Numbered from the stretch's first letter, positions 19,276 to 29,847 are shown. The stretch is 64,000 nucleotides of DNA from Vicinamibacteria bacterium (GCA_963422395.1 OY729431.1:608001-672000), one strand, 5' to 3'. Notes: generated by a model from the letters alone, not told the origin. Numbers and translations: made by a program.

Positions 19276-20109
19276 GTGCCTGTCCTCGCTGCTCCGCCGA
19301 CCGCGTGGACCACCTCCGCTGCCTGGGAAGACCGGACGGAAGCCAGGTCCAGGCACCGGGCGGAGCGCGCCGGATTCCGCTTCGGAGCCGTCGGTGCGCA
19401 CAGCAGCCGCACGATCATGCTGGCCGAACTGAGCGAAATCCTCGCCGCCCTCCCCGAGGACGCCTCCGCCGCCGCCTATACCGAAGCGGTGCTCGCCGAG
19501 AACGCGCTCGGAAAGCCGACCGCAGCCTCCCGAAACCACTCGCACCAGCACCTCCGCGAGCTCTACGGCTGCGACCCGCGGCTCCCCATCTTCCGCGTGC
19601 TGCGGCGTTTGTGGGCGGTGGACGAACCCGGACGGCCGCTGCTCGCCCTGCTCGCCGCGCTCGCCCGCGACCCGGTGCTGCGCGCCACTGCGCCGGCGGT
19701 CCTGCCGCTTCCGGTCGGCGCCGAACTCGGCCGGACCTCCTTTCTCGAAGTGATCCGCGCCGGGACCGGCGACCGGTTCAACGAAGCGGTGCTCGACAAG
19801 GTGGCTCGCAACGCCGCCAGCTCCTGGTCGCAGTCGGGCCACCTCGCGGGACGGATGCGCAAGCTCCGCCGCCGGATCGAGCCGACCCCGGGCGCGCTCG
19901 CGCTCGCGGTCTGGCTGGGGGCGCAGGAGGGGATCGGGGGTGCGGCGCTGCTCGACTCCCGCTGGGCACGGGTGCTGGACCGGACCTCCCGCGAGCTCGT
20001 CGAAGTCGCGTTCCAGGCGCAGCGGCACGGCCTGCTCGAGGTCCGGCGCGGGGGCGGGGTCTTCGCGATCGAAGCGGGCGGGCTCGATTTTCGGGGCGAT
20101 TCTCGATGA
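19276..20109 (+). CDS. brxA: BREX BrxA-like DNA-binding protein (start uncertain)
   Basis: First gene of the operon; RTIMLAEL, N.LGKPT, LRELYG and SSWSQSGHL typical of the gene preceding DUF1788 in BREX loci; mostly a positional call. Confidence 0.65.
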   Translation: MPVLAAPPTAWTTSAAWEDRTEARSRHRAERAGFRFGAVGAHSSRTIMLAELSEILAALPEDASAAAYTEAVLAENALGKPTAASRNHSHQHLRELYGCDPRLPIFRVLRRLWAVDEPGRPLLALLAALARDPVLRATAPAVLPLPVGAELGRTSFLEVIRAGTGDRFNEAVLDKVARNAASSWSQSGHLAGRMRKLRRRIEPTPGALALAVWLGAQEGIGGAALLDSRWARVLDRTSRELVEVAFQAQRHGLLEVRRGGGVFAIEAGGLDFRGDSR

Positions 20110-20657
20110 GGAACCGGCTCGAAGAGCTCGCCCGGCGCTACCGGCGCCATGTCCTCGCTCCCTGGCAGCCCGCACTCGCCGGTGCCCAGCGGGTCGTCTT
20201 CGTGGTGTACCCGGAAGAGCTGGAGCGGGCGCTGCGGGTGCGCCTCGGTGAGTTCCAGCACCTCACCGAAGCTGCCGGGCACGGCTTTCGCCGGACCGAC
20301 TGCACCCGCTGGTTCGCCGAGTGGCTGGCTGACGACGAGTACCGCGAGGAGTGGTTCGAGAGCCCGGACCTGCTCGCCTCGAAGCTGGAAGAGGAATTTC
20401 CCGACTACGCCGCCGCCAGGCTCGGCGACGCGCTTCGAGAGGCCGACGAGCAGAGCGTGACGGCCCTCACCGGAGTGGCGTCCCTCTACGGATTCCTGCG
20501 CGTCTCCAACCTGATCCGCAGAGTCGAACCCGAGATCCGCGGCCGGCTGGTGGTCTTCTTCCCCGGCGCGAAGGACGGGACGAACTATCGGCTGCTCGAC
20601 GCCCGCGACGGCTGGAACTACCTGGCGCAGGCGATCACCCTGCACGACGAGGCCTGA
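20106..20657 (+). CDS. brxB: BREX BrxB (DUF1788)
   Basis: ATGA overlap; GVASLYGF, GRLVVFFPG, NYRLLDARDGWNYLA. Confidence 0.85.
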   Translation: MRNRLEELARRYRRHVLAPWQPALAGAQRVVFVVYPEELERALRVRLGEFQHLTEAAGHGFRRTDCTRWFAEWLADDEYREEWFESPDLLASKLEEEFPDYAAARLGDALREADEQSVTALTGVASLYGFLRVSNLIRRVEPEIRGRLVVFFPGAKDGTNYRLLDARDGWNYLAQAITLHDEA

Positions 20658-20683
20658 ACGAAGCCTGAAGACGAGAGCTGACC

Positions 20684-23600
20684 GTGCCGAAGATCCGCGA
20701 ACTCCTCGAACGCGACCCCAGGACCACCGCGCTCGCCAACCGGGGGCAGGCGCGCCTCGGCGAGGCCGGCGCCGGAGAGCGCGGCGACGAACTCCGCGCC
20801 GAGCTGGAGAGCTTCGTCTGCAGCGGGCGTTTCGCCGAGGGCCTCCAGCGAATCCTGGATCGGTTCCTCGCCGCGCTCGACAGTCCGCGGCAGGAGGCGG
20901 TGTGGGTCAGCGGCTTCTTCGGCAGCGGGAAGTCGCATCTGCTGAAGATGCTCGTCCACCTCTGGAAGAACACGCAGTTCGAAGACGGGGCGACCGCCCG
21001 AGCTCTGGTCCCCGGGGGCCTGCCGGCAGACATCCGCGCCGCGTTCACCGAACTGGACACGCGGGCGCGCCGTACCGGAACCCCGCTCGCCGCGGCGAGC
21101 GGAACCCTGCTCGGCGAGACGGAACGGGTCCGCGCCGCGGTGCTGGCGATCGTGCTCCGAGCTTGCGGCCTCCCGACCGGGGTGCAGCAGGCGCGGTTCT
21201 GTTTCTGGCTGCGAGAGCAGGGGCACCTCGCCCCGGTGCGCGCCGCGGTCGAGGCCTCGGGAAAGCCTTGGCATCGGGAGCTGAACAGCTTCCTGGTGAG
21301 CCCGAAGATCGCCGAGGCGCTCCTCGAAGCGCGGCCCGATCTCGCTGACGGGCCGAAGGAGCTCCGGCCGCTGCTCGCCAGCCAGTTCCCGCCCCTCAGC
21401 GGCGATCTGACGACCGACGAGTTCGTGGACCTCGCCTGGAAGGCACTGTCGGGCGGCGGCCCGCCGGAAGACGGCGCCCAGCCGAAGGCGGAAATGCGGA
21501 CGAAGGCGGAAATGCGGCCGGCGGCGGAAATGCGGACCAAGGCGAAAACGCTGCCGCTGACGGTCCTGGTGCTGGACGAAGCCCAGCAGTACATCGGCGA
21601 GTCCGGAAACCGCTCGGCGGTCTTCACCGAAGTCGCCGAGGCGATCCAGACGCAGTTCGCCAGCCGCGTCGCCCTCGTCGCCTCCGGCCAATCCGCACTC
21701 TCCCAGACCCCCGCGCTGCAAAAGCTCCGCGACCGGTTCCGCAACCAGATCGAACTGACCGACGCCGATGTCGAAGAGGTGACCCGCAAGGTGGTGCTCC
21801 ACAAGAAGGCGAGCGCCGCTGCTTCGATCGAAGCGATGTTCGCCGCGCACGAGGGCGAGGTCTCCCGCCACCTGCGGGACACCAAGATCGGAGCGCGCGC
21901 CGAAGATCGCCGCACGCGGGTAGACGACTACCCCTTGCTCGGCGTCCGCCGGCGTTTTTGGGAGGCGTGTCTGCGGGCGGTGGACAGCGGGGGAGTCCAC
22001 AGCCAGTTGCGCTCGCAGCTGCGGATCCTCCACGACGCGCTCTCCGCCCTCGCCGACCGGGAGCTGGGTGCGCTGATTCCGGCGAGCGATCTCTTCCACG
22101 CTCTCGCGCCGGGCTTGCTGGGTTCGGGGGTCCTGCTGAACGAGATCCACACCCGGATCGGCAAGTTGGCAGATCAGGGATCGGAAGTCGGGACCGAGGA
22201 GGGGCGGCTGCGCCGCGACCTCGCCGCGCTCGTCTTCCTGATCGGAAAGCTGCCGCGCGAAACGGCGGTGGACCTCGGCGTGCGGGCCGACCCCCCGACG
22301 CTCGCCGAGCTGCTGCTCGCCGACCTCGCCGCCGACTCCGGCCCCTTCCGGAAGCGGGTCGAGGGCGCCCTGTCCGCGCTGGCCGGCGAACGGGAACGGG
22401 TGCTGATGCGGGTGGGCGGCGAATACCGCCTGCAGACCACCGAAGGCGCTGCCTGGGACAGCGAGTTCCAGCGACAGACGACGGCGGTCCGGAACGACGA
22501 GGCGGCCATCGGCGCCGAGCGCGACCGGTTGTTCGGCGCCGCGCTGCAAGAAACGGTCGCTGCGATCAGACTGCGGCACGGCGCCGCGAAAGAACGCCGG
22601 CCGCTTCGCCTCCACCGCGGCGCCGAGCCTCCGCCGCCGGGCGCCGAGGGAGTGACCGTCTGGCTCGGCGATGGCTGGATGGGTTCGGAGCGGGAGTTCG
22701 AGGAGCAGGCGCGGGCCGCCGGGACCGACGATCCGACGCTCCATGTCCACCTTCCGAAACGGGATGGGGACGCGCTGCGCGACCGCATCGTGGCGGCGCT
22801 TTCGGCGCGGCGGGTTCTCGATCACCGCGGTACCCCGCAATCCCCCGAGGGACGCGAAGCGCGCGCCGGCATGGAAAGCCGCCGGTCCGAAGCGGAGAAC
22901 GGGCGCGACGGCATCGTCCGCGGCCTGCTGCGGGAGGCGAGGGTGCTGCAGGGCGGCGGGAACGAGATCTCCGTCGGGGCCGGCGGTCTCGCGGAACACA
23001 TCGAGAAGGGCGCCCGGGCATCGCTCGACCGCCTCTATCCGCGCTTCGCGGAGGGCGACGGCGCCGCCTGGAGCGCGGCGGTGAAGCGCGCCCGCGAGCA
23101 GTCCGAGCGTCCCTTCGCACCGCTCGGTTGGGAGCAGGATGCCGCCGACCACCCGGTGGCGAAGGAAGTCATGAGAACGGTCGGGGCCGGGGAGCGCGGC
23201 AACCGAGTCCAGAAGGCGCTCCGGGTGCCGCCGTTCGGCTGGCCGCAGGACGCGGTGGACGCCGCCCTGATCGCTCTCCACGCCGCCGGACGGCTGCAAG
23301 CCGCCCGGAACGGACAGCCGGTCGCCGCCGGCCGCCTCGATCAGGCGGGGATCAAGACGACCGTCTTCCGTCCGGAGCAGGTGGTCCTCGCCGCGGCCGA
23401 GCGGATCGCGCTCCGCGGACTGTTCCAGCGAGCCGGCATCTCCGTCCCCTCGGGCGAAGAGGAACGGGGCGCGCGGGAGTTCCTCGCGGCGCTCCGGGCT
23501 CTCGCGGCGCGGGCGGGGGGCTCCCCGCCGCTCCCGCCCGTACCGGATTCGTCTCCGCCGGTTTCGGCACTCCTCGAGGATCTAGGACAGCGGACCGGAA

Positions 23601-24355
23601 ACGACCAGCTGCGGGCGATACATCGGCACCAGAAGGAACTCGAGCCGCTCCCCGAGGCCTGGAAGGCGCTCGCCGGGCGAGCCGAACCGCGCCAGCTCGC
23701 CTGGAAGCAGGTGCAGGAGCTCTGCCGGTATGCGGAGGACATACACCCCGAGCGCCGGTCGGTCGTGGAGGAGACCGCTCTGGAACTCGAGGCGGTCCGG
23801 GGCCGGCGGTCGCTGCTCGCGGAAACCGACCCGCTCGCACCGCTGATAGCGAAGCTGGCCGCCGCGCTGCGCACCGAACTGACGGCGCTCCACCGCGCCT
23901 TCGACGACGCGGTCCGAGAAGCGGACGAACGGCTGGCAGCCGACCCGCACTGGACCGGGCTCGACCCGGAGGAGCGGAGGAAGATCCGGCGGGCACACCA
24001 TCTGTTCCCCCCGCCGCCGCTCGAAATCCCGACGGACGAGGACCTGCTGCGAACGCTCGGCGAACGGCGGCTCTCCGCCTGGCGGGCGGAAGCCGATGCG
24101 GTGGGTCCGCGGCTCGAGCGCGCCCTCGCCGAAGCGGCGGAAAAACCTGCCGCGGCCGAAAAACATGCCGCAGCGGGGAATGTCACCGCGCCCCGAACCC
24201 CGGAGCCAGACGACCCCGAAGCCCTCGAGACGGCCGCCGCGGTCCCCCTCCGCCGCACCACCCTGGCCGACGAAGCGGCGGTCCGGGCCTGGCTGCGGGA
24301 AACCGAGACCGCGCTTCTCGAAGGAGTCCGCAAGGGCCCGGTTCGAGTGGAATAG
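20684..24355 (+). CDS. brxC: BREX P-loop ATPase BrxC
   Basis: Walker A WVSGFFGSGKSH, Walker B VLDEAQQYI, PPFGWPQDAV; 1223 aa. Confidence 0.92.
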   Translation: MPKIRELLERDPRTTALANRGQARLGEAGAGERGDELRAELESFVCSGRFAEGLQRILDRFLAALDSPRQEAVWVSGFFGSGKSHLLKMLVHLWKNTQFEDGATARALVPGGLPADIRAAFTELDTRARRTGTPLAAASGTLLGETERVRAAVLAIVLRACGLPTGVQQARFCFWLREQGHLAPVRAAVEASGKPWHRELNSFLVSPKIAEALLEARPDLADGPKELRPLLASQFPPLSGDLTTDEFVDLAWKALSGGGPPEDGAQPKAEMRTKAEMRPAAEMRTKAKTLPLTVLVLDEAQQYIGESGNRSAVFTEVAEAIQTQFASRVALVASGQSALSQTPALQKLRDRFRNQIELTDADVEEVTRKVVLHKKASAAASIEAMFAAHEGEVSRHLRDTKIGARAEDRRTRVDDYPLLGVRRRFWEACLRAVDSGGVHSQLRSQLRILHDALSALADRELGALIPASDLFHALAPGLLGSGVLLNEIHTRIGKLADQGSEVGTEEGRLRRDLAALVFLIGKLPRETAVDLGVRADPPTLAELLLADLAADSGPFRKRVEGALSALAGERERVLMRVGGEYRLQTTEGAAWDSEFQRQTTAVRNDEAAIGAERDRLFGAALQETVAAIRLRHGAAKERRPLRLHRGAEPPPPGAEGVTVWLGDGWMGSEREFEEQARAAGTDDPTLHVHLPKRDGDALRDRIVAALSARRVLDHRGTPQSPEGREARAGMESRRSEAENGRDGIVRGLLREARVLQGGGNEISVGAGGLAEHIEKGARASLDRLYPRFAEGDGAAWSAAVKRAREQSERPFAPLGWEQDAADHPVAKEVMRTVGAGERGNRVQKALRVPPFGWPQDAVDAALIALHAAGRLQAARNGQPVAAGRLDQAGIKTTVFRPEQVVLAAAERIALRGLFQRAGISVPSGEEERGAREFLAALRALAARAGGSPPLPPVPDSSPPVSALLEDLGQRTGNDQLRAIHRHQKELEPLPEAWKALAGRAEPRQLAWKQVQELCRYAEDIHPERRSVVEETALELEAVRGRRSLLAETDPLAPLIAKLAAALRTELTALHRAFDDAVREADERLAADPHWTGLDPEERRKIRRAHHLFPPPPLEIPTDEDLLRTLGERRLSAWRAEADAVGPRLERALAEAAEKPAAAEKHAAAGNVTAPRTPEPDDPEALETAAAVPLRRTTLADEAAVRAWLRETETALLEGVRKGPVRVE
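21485..21547 (+). repeat. In-frame 18-bp tandem repeat (~3.5 copies) inside brxC
   Basis: AAGGCGGAAATGCGGACG units encoding KAEMRT/KAEMRP/AAEMRT/KAK. Confidence 0.9.
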
Positions 24356-24373
24356 CCGGAAAGGAACGACACC

Positions 24374-24516
24374 ATGAAAACCTCCGACCCAAACCGGTCG
24401 TGGCCATCGAGCCGCGGGGCAGCGAACGGACTTCGCAGGTCGTGAAGAATGCTGCGGACCGGATCGTGAAGTGGAACACCGACAGCATCGTGCAAGCGAT
24501 CCGGGAGCTCGCATGA
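24374..24516 (+). pseudogene. Internally deleted TIR-like (DUF1863/ThsB-type) gene remnant
   Basis: RBS plus ATG AAA ACC (MKT) joined out of frame to KPVVAIEPRGSERTSQVVKNAADRIVKWNTDSIVQAIRELA*, recognisable as a DUF1863 C-terminus; stop overlaps the next ATG. Confidence 0.7.
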
Positions 24517-24998
24517 CGAGCGAGCCCGAGCAGCGAGAGCGCGAGTCGCAAGAGCCCGAACGACGCGAGTTGTTCGCGATCTACCAGCTCCACGCCGATC
24601 TCGCCGACCGGGTGAGCCAGCGGCGGGAGGGCGCGAACCGGCTGTTCGTGAGTCTCCTGACCGGTCTGCTGGTCTTCGGTGCCGTGTTCCTCCGGTTCGG
24701 GACCGGGGATCTGGAAGCGAATGCAGTGATGGCCTGCTTCGGCATCGTGGGAGCTCTGCTCTCCATCGCCTGGTTCGCCGTCATCCGCTCTTACCGCCAG
24801 CTGAACACCGGCAAGTTCCAGGCGCTCCAGGAACTCGAGGGGAAGCTCGCCTACCCGTTCTTCCGGCGCGAATGGGAGCTGCTCGGCGAAGGCCGGGATC
24901 GGAGCAGGTATTGGAAACTCACGGTGGCGGAGACGCTGCTGCCGATCGTCTTCGGACTGCTCTTCCTCGGAATTCTCCTGTTCATAATCCTCCGGTGA
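24513..24998 (+). CDS. Small membrane effector-like protein (RipA/Rip1- or SLATT-like)
   Basis: ADRVSQRR..ANRLF, TM hairpin, W...IRSYRQLNTGKF...ELE, REW and C-terminal TM. Confidence 0.7.
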   Translation: MTSEPEQRERESQEPERRELFAIYQLHADLADRVSQRREGANRLFVSLLTGLLVFGAVFLRFGTGDLEANAVMACFGIVGALLSIAWFAVIRSYRQLNTGKFQALQELEGKLAYPFFRREWELLGEGRDRSRYWKLTVAETLLPIVFGLLFLGILLFIILR

Positions 24999-25021
24999 TA
25001 AGCAGAAGGAGACCCCTGAAG

Positions 25022-25330
25022 ATGTCCGCGAATTTCGAGACCGATCTGCTCCGTCCGGTGGCGGTCGCGCCGCGCGAGGGTTTTCGCATCTGGTTGCGTT
25101 ACGCCGACGGCGTGGAGGGCGAAGTGGATCTTTCCCACCTCGCCGGGAAAGGCGTTTTCGCCGCCTGGCTCGACCGGACCTTCTTCGAACGGGTCCACCT
25201 CGGCGGCGGATCGGCCATCGCCTGGAGCGATGAAATCGACCTGTGCGCGGATGCACTCTATCTCCGGCTCACCGGGAAACGGCCCCGAGAGATATGGCCC
25301 GGACTGAAGGAACCCGTTCGGAATGCCTGA
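25022..25330 (+). CDS. DUF2442 family protein (putative antitoxin)
   Basis: IWLRYADGVEGEVDL, GVF, IAWSDEIDLCADALY. Confidence 0.85.
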   Translation: MSANFETDLLRPVAVAPREGFRIWLRYADGVEGEVDLSHLAGKGVFAAWLDRTFFERVHLGGGSAIAWSDEIDLCADALYLRLTGKRPREIWPGLKEPVRNA

Positions 25331-25587
25331 AATAAGCCGCTTCTACGGCATCGTGATCCAGATCTTTTGGGACGATCACGGCCCACCGCATTTCCACGCG
25401 AAATACGCTGATTCCGAGGCGCTGTTCGAAATCGAGGACATCTCGATGCTTCAGGGGGGACCTCCCCCGACGCGCCCGTGAGTTGGTCATAGTCTGGGCC
25501 ACGCAACATCGGAGTGCGTTGCAAGAGGCTGGGTGGGCACGGGCGCAACGCCATGAGGCGCCGGGAAAGATCGAGCCGCTCGACTGA
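25323..25587 (+). pseudogene. DUF4160 family protein with a +1 frameshift in a G6 run (~25454-25459)
   Basis: MPEISRFYGIVI..DHGPPHFHA; removing one G gives GDLPRRARELV..W..H...PGKIEPLD*. Confidence 0.8.
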
Positions 25588-28500
25588 GTGTCGGGACGGC
25601 GGGGAAGGGACACGATCGTGGGTCGCGCGCTGGATCGGGAGCTGCGCCAGCAACTGGCGAAGGCGGTCCGTTCGGCGCGGAGGACCGCCGAGGCGGGAGC
25701 GCGGGCGGCACTCTCGGCGCTTTCGGTCGAAAGGGCGAAGGCCGATCCGTTCCTCTCCGCCGAAGAAAGACAGCTCCGGCGGCAGCTGCGGGCGCACGGG
25801 CGGCAACTCGGCGACCGGCAGCGAATCGGCAAGGCTGGCGAGGAGCAGGAGATCACCCGCCTGGCGCACGAGGTGGCCTACGAGCACTGGCACCGGATGC
25901 TGTTCGCCTGCTTCCTCGCCGAGAACCAGCTGCTGATCGAACCGGAATCCGGGGTCGCAGTGTCCCTCGACGAGTGCCGGGAGCTGGCGCGGGAGGGCGG
26001 CGAGAATTCCGGGAGCCCCTGGGCGCTCGCCGGGCGGTTCGCCGAAGCGATGCTGCCGCGCATCTTCCGCCCCGGCGATCCCTCGCTCGCGGTGCGGCTT
26101 CCCCCGGAGACCCGGCAGGCGCTCGAGGAGACGCTCGCCGAGCTGCCGGCGGCGGTCTTCCGCGCCGACGACGCGCTCGGCTGGACCTACCAGTTCTGGC
26201 AGGTCGACCGGAAGGACGAGGTGAACCGCAGCGGGAAGAAGATCGGGGCCGACGAGCTGCCGGCGGTCACCCAGCTCTTCACCGAGCCCTACCTGGTGCG
26301 CTTCCTCTTCCACAACACCGTCGGCGCCTGGCGGGCGGGGAAGATCCTCGAAGCGCGGCCCGAGCTCGCGGCGGGCGCCGAGAGCGAGGCCGAGCTCCGC
26401 CGCGCGGTCCGGATCGAGGCGGGAGGCGGCTACGACTTCGAGTACCTGCGCTTCGTCCGCGAGCCGTCCGCGGGCGATAACGGGGGCGAAGACGGGGGCG
26501 TCGGGCGCTGGCGGCCCGCCGCCGGGTCGTTCGGCGAGTGGCCGAGCTCCGCCGCCGAGCTGCGGGTGCTCGATCCCTGCTGCGGCAGCGGGCACTTCCT
26601 GGTCGAGGGCCTCCAGCTGTTCGTCCGGCTGCGGATGGAGGAGGAGGGGCTCGCGCCCGAAGAGGCGATCGGCGCGGTGCTGCGCGAAAACCTCCACGGA
26701 CTGGAGCTCGATCCGCGCTGCGCCCAGCTCGCCGCCTTCGCGGCGGCGTTCGCGGCTTGGAAGCTGGCCGGTAAGTTGGCCGGGAAATCTGCCGGGCGGG
26801 GGATCGAGCTGCCGCCGTTCCGGATCGCCTGCTCGGGGCTCGCCCCGAACGCGACGAAGGCGGAGTGGCTGGCGGTCGCCGAAAAAGCGTCGGCAGCGGC
26901 CGGTTCCGCAACCCGGAAAGACTCCTCCGAGAGACGGGAAATCCTCACCTCGGAGGCGCTCCGGCAGACTCTCGGGGCGCTCCACGACCTCTTCGTCCAG
27001 GGACCGACACTCGGTTCGCTCCTCGATCCGCGCGCCGCCGGCGAGAGCATGTTCGCGGCGCGGTTCGAGGCCGTGCGGCCGCTCCTCGACGCGGTGCTCG
27101 CCGAGAAGGAAGTGGACCCCGAGCGGCGGGAGCGGGCGGCGGCCGCCGCCGGGATGGCGGAAGCGGCCAATCTGCTCACCGCCCGCTACTCGCTGGTGAT
27201 CACGAATGTGCCCTACTTGTCGCGGGGGAAGCAGGACGGCGCGCTCCGCGCTTTCGCCGACGAGCGCCTTTCAGCGGCGAAGGGAGACCTGGCGACGATG
27301 TTCCTCGTCCGCTCGTTCGGCTGGCTCGGCGAAAGCGGGACCGCGGCGGTCGTCTCCCCGCAGAATTGGCTGTTCCTGAAGAGCTACCGGAAACTCCGCG
27401 AGAACCTGCTGACCGACCGGCGCTGGCGGATGGTGGCGCGCCTCGGCGCACATGCCTTCGAAGATTCCGGAGCCTTCACCGCGTTGGTCATCGTCTCCGC
27501 CGATAAAACCCGGGGGGGGGGGGGGGGGGGAGAGAGACTGTCGTTATGGATGTGTCCGCCCCACCGGGCCAGACTCCGATCCTGGCCCCGGAGAAGGCCC
27601 GCCTGCTCCCCAGCTGCCGCATCCATTCGGTGCGGCAAGCCGATCAGCTCAGAAATCCGAACTCTGTCGTCAGCATGGCAGTGTCCAACGAATCAGGACT
27701 ATTGGAATTACACGCATCCGGCCTGGCCGGCATGCTGACCGGTGACACCCCTAGATTCCTCAGCATGTTCTGGGAGTTCGCCGACATCTCGGAGTACTGG
27801 GCGTTCCTGCAATCGACCGTCGGTGAATCCATTCCGTTCGGGGGGCGTTCTGCCCTGGTCCAGTTCGATGGTCCGAATCGGCAGGATGAGCGTCCCTCTC
27901 CCTATGAACGCCTGCACGATTGCTACCGAAGAGGGAACAAGGCTTGGGGAAAGGAGGGCGTATCCGTTAGTTCGATGGGCGATCTCCCCGTCACGCTCTA
28001 CACCGGAGAACGATTCGATCCCAATGTTGGGTTAGTTCTGCCGAAGAATCCCGAGACGCTGCCGGCGGTGTGGTGTTTCTGCGCCTCGCCGGAATACGCC
28101 TGCCTAGTCCGCGAGGTAGACCAGAAACTCAATGTGACGAACGCGACCCTCGTCCAGGTCCCCTTCGATCTGGACCGCTGGAAGCGGGTCGCCGCCGAGC
28201 GCTACCCGAACGGCCTCCCGGAGCCCTATTCCGACGACCCCACCCAGTGGGTCTTCCACGGCCACCCCTGCGGCAGCGTCGTCTGGGACGAGGAGACGAA
28301 GCGGCTCGCCGAAGGTCCCCTCCGCACCGACGAGGCGGTGCTGCAGGTCGCAGCGGCGCGGCTCCTCGGCTACCGCTGGCCTGCGGAACACGACCCGGCG
28401 ATGCGCCTCGCCGAGGAGCAGCGCGCCTGGGTTTCCCGCTGTTCCGACCTCCACGAGTTCGCCGCCGCCGACGGGATCGTCTGCCTCCCCGCCGTGCGGG

Positions 28501-29336
28501 GCGAGCCCCGCGCCGAAGAAAGGCTCCGCGCACTCCTCGCCGCCGCCTACGGCGCAGCGTGGTCCTCGACGACCGAACAGCGCCTGCTGCGCGAGGCGGG
28601 GAGAGACGGCAAACCCGCGGCGAGCCTCGACGCTTGGCTCGAAAAGCACTTCTTCGAAGAGCACTGCCGCCTCTTCCACCACCGCCCCTTCGTCTGGCAC
28701 CTCTGGGACGGCCTCCCGGACGGCTTCTCGGCACTCGTCGCCTACCACCGGCTGGCAGGCCCGGACGGCGAGGGCCGAAGAACGCTCGAAGCGCTGACCC
28801 ACAGCTATCTCGGCGACTGGATCGACCGCCAGCGGGGAGAACTCCGCGAGGAGAGACCCGGTGCCGAAGGCCGGCTCACCGCCGCCCTCGAACTCAAGAC
28901 CCAGCTGGAGCGCATCCTGGAAGGGGAACCGCCGCTCGACCTCTTCGTCCGCTGGAAGCCGCTCCATCGCCAGCCGCTCGGCTGGGACCCGGACCTCGAC
29001 GACGGCGTCCGGCTGAACCTCCGCCCCTTCCTCCGGGCGGAGCTCCGCAAGGGCGGCCGGAGGGGGGCCGGCCTCCTCCGTTGGAAACCGGAACTCCACT
29101 GGAACAAGGACCGCGGCAAGGAACCCCGCACCCTCCGCGCGAAGCGCAGAGGCGAAGCGGGCGAGGAGATCCGCCCCCGCGCCGACTTCCCCTGGTTCTG
29201 GTCCTGCCCCGGAGACGGGAGCGAATCCGAACGCACCGACTTCTTCCCCGGCGGCCCCGCTTTCGACAGCCATCGCTGGAACGACCTCCACTATACGAAC
29301 GCCGTGAAACGCGCCGCCCGCGCCCGCCGCGAGTGA
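25588..29336 (+). CDS. pglX: BREX PglX-like N6-adenine methyltransferase, out of frame at a G19 tract
   Basis: TQLFTEPY, DPCCGSGHFL (motif I), NVPY (motif IV); C-terminal RPFVWHLWDG and GWDPDLDDGVRLN in the second frame (to 29336). Confidence 0.88.
27512..27530 (+). repeat. Poly-G homopolymer (G19) in pglX
   Basis: 19 consecutive G directly visible; the frame shift maps here. Confidence 0.95.
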
Positions 29337-29394
29337 GCGAGCTCCGAGTGACTGTTCCTCTCCCGTCACCGCCCGACCCTTCGACGCCTGGAGC

Positions 29395-29425
29395 GGACCG
29401 CCGATCAGCGGTCCATCTCTCTCTC
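29395..29425 (+). terminator. Possible weak intrinsic terminator or hairpin after pglX
   Basis: GGACCGC-cgatca-GCGGTCC followed by a pyrimidine-rich run. Confidence 0.3.
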
Positions 29426-29472
29426 GCGTCCTTTTCCTGTCCTGCGCACTTCCAAGCCATGACTTCCCCAGC

Positions 29473-29847
29473 ATGACCTTCTTCCGAAACCCGTCAGAAA
29501 TCTGGCAGCGCGAAGTGCCCGGCGCGCGCTGGTTCAAGACCGATCTCCATGTGCACACGATCGATGACCACGCCGGCAGCAGAGCGAAGGTTCCAACGGA
29601 ACTCTCCGGGATATCCGACCCCGAGGAAATGCTGCAGCGATATGCACGCCTCCTGGCGACCCACAACGCCAATATCGTGGTCAACGGCGATGCGGACATG
29701 GTGATCCTGCTGGAGGCTGACGCCGATCACGGAACCGTTGCTTGCGCAGGGGCCATCGAGATGCCCGAAGTGCGTGACGCTATCGTGCGAACGGTGGATG
29801 GCGGCAGGGCCGCCTTTCCGTTGCGCCGGACGAAGTACGGGTTCTGA
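29473..29847 (+). pseudogene. In-frame internal-deletion remnant of a PHP-ATPase (Ppl/TrlF-like)
   Basis: N-terminal GARWFKTDLHVHT (PHP start) fused directly to ATHNANIVVNGDAD...DGGRAAF..R..KY (ATPase end); both ends match the gene at 32399-35212. Confidence 0.85.
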
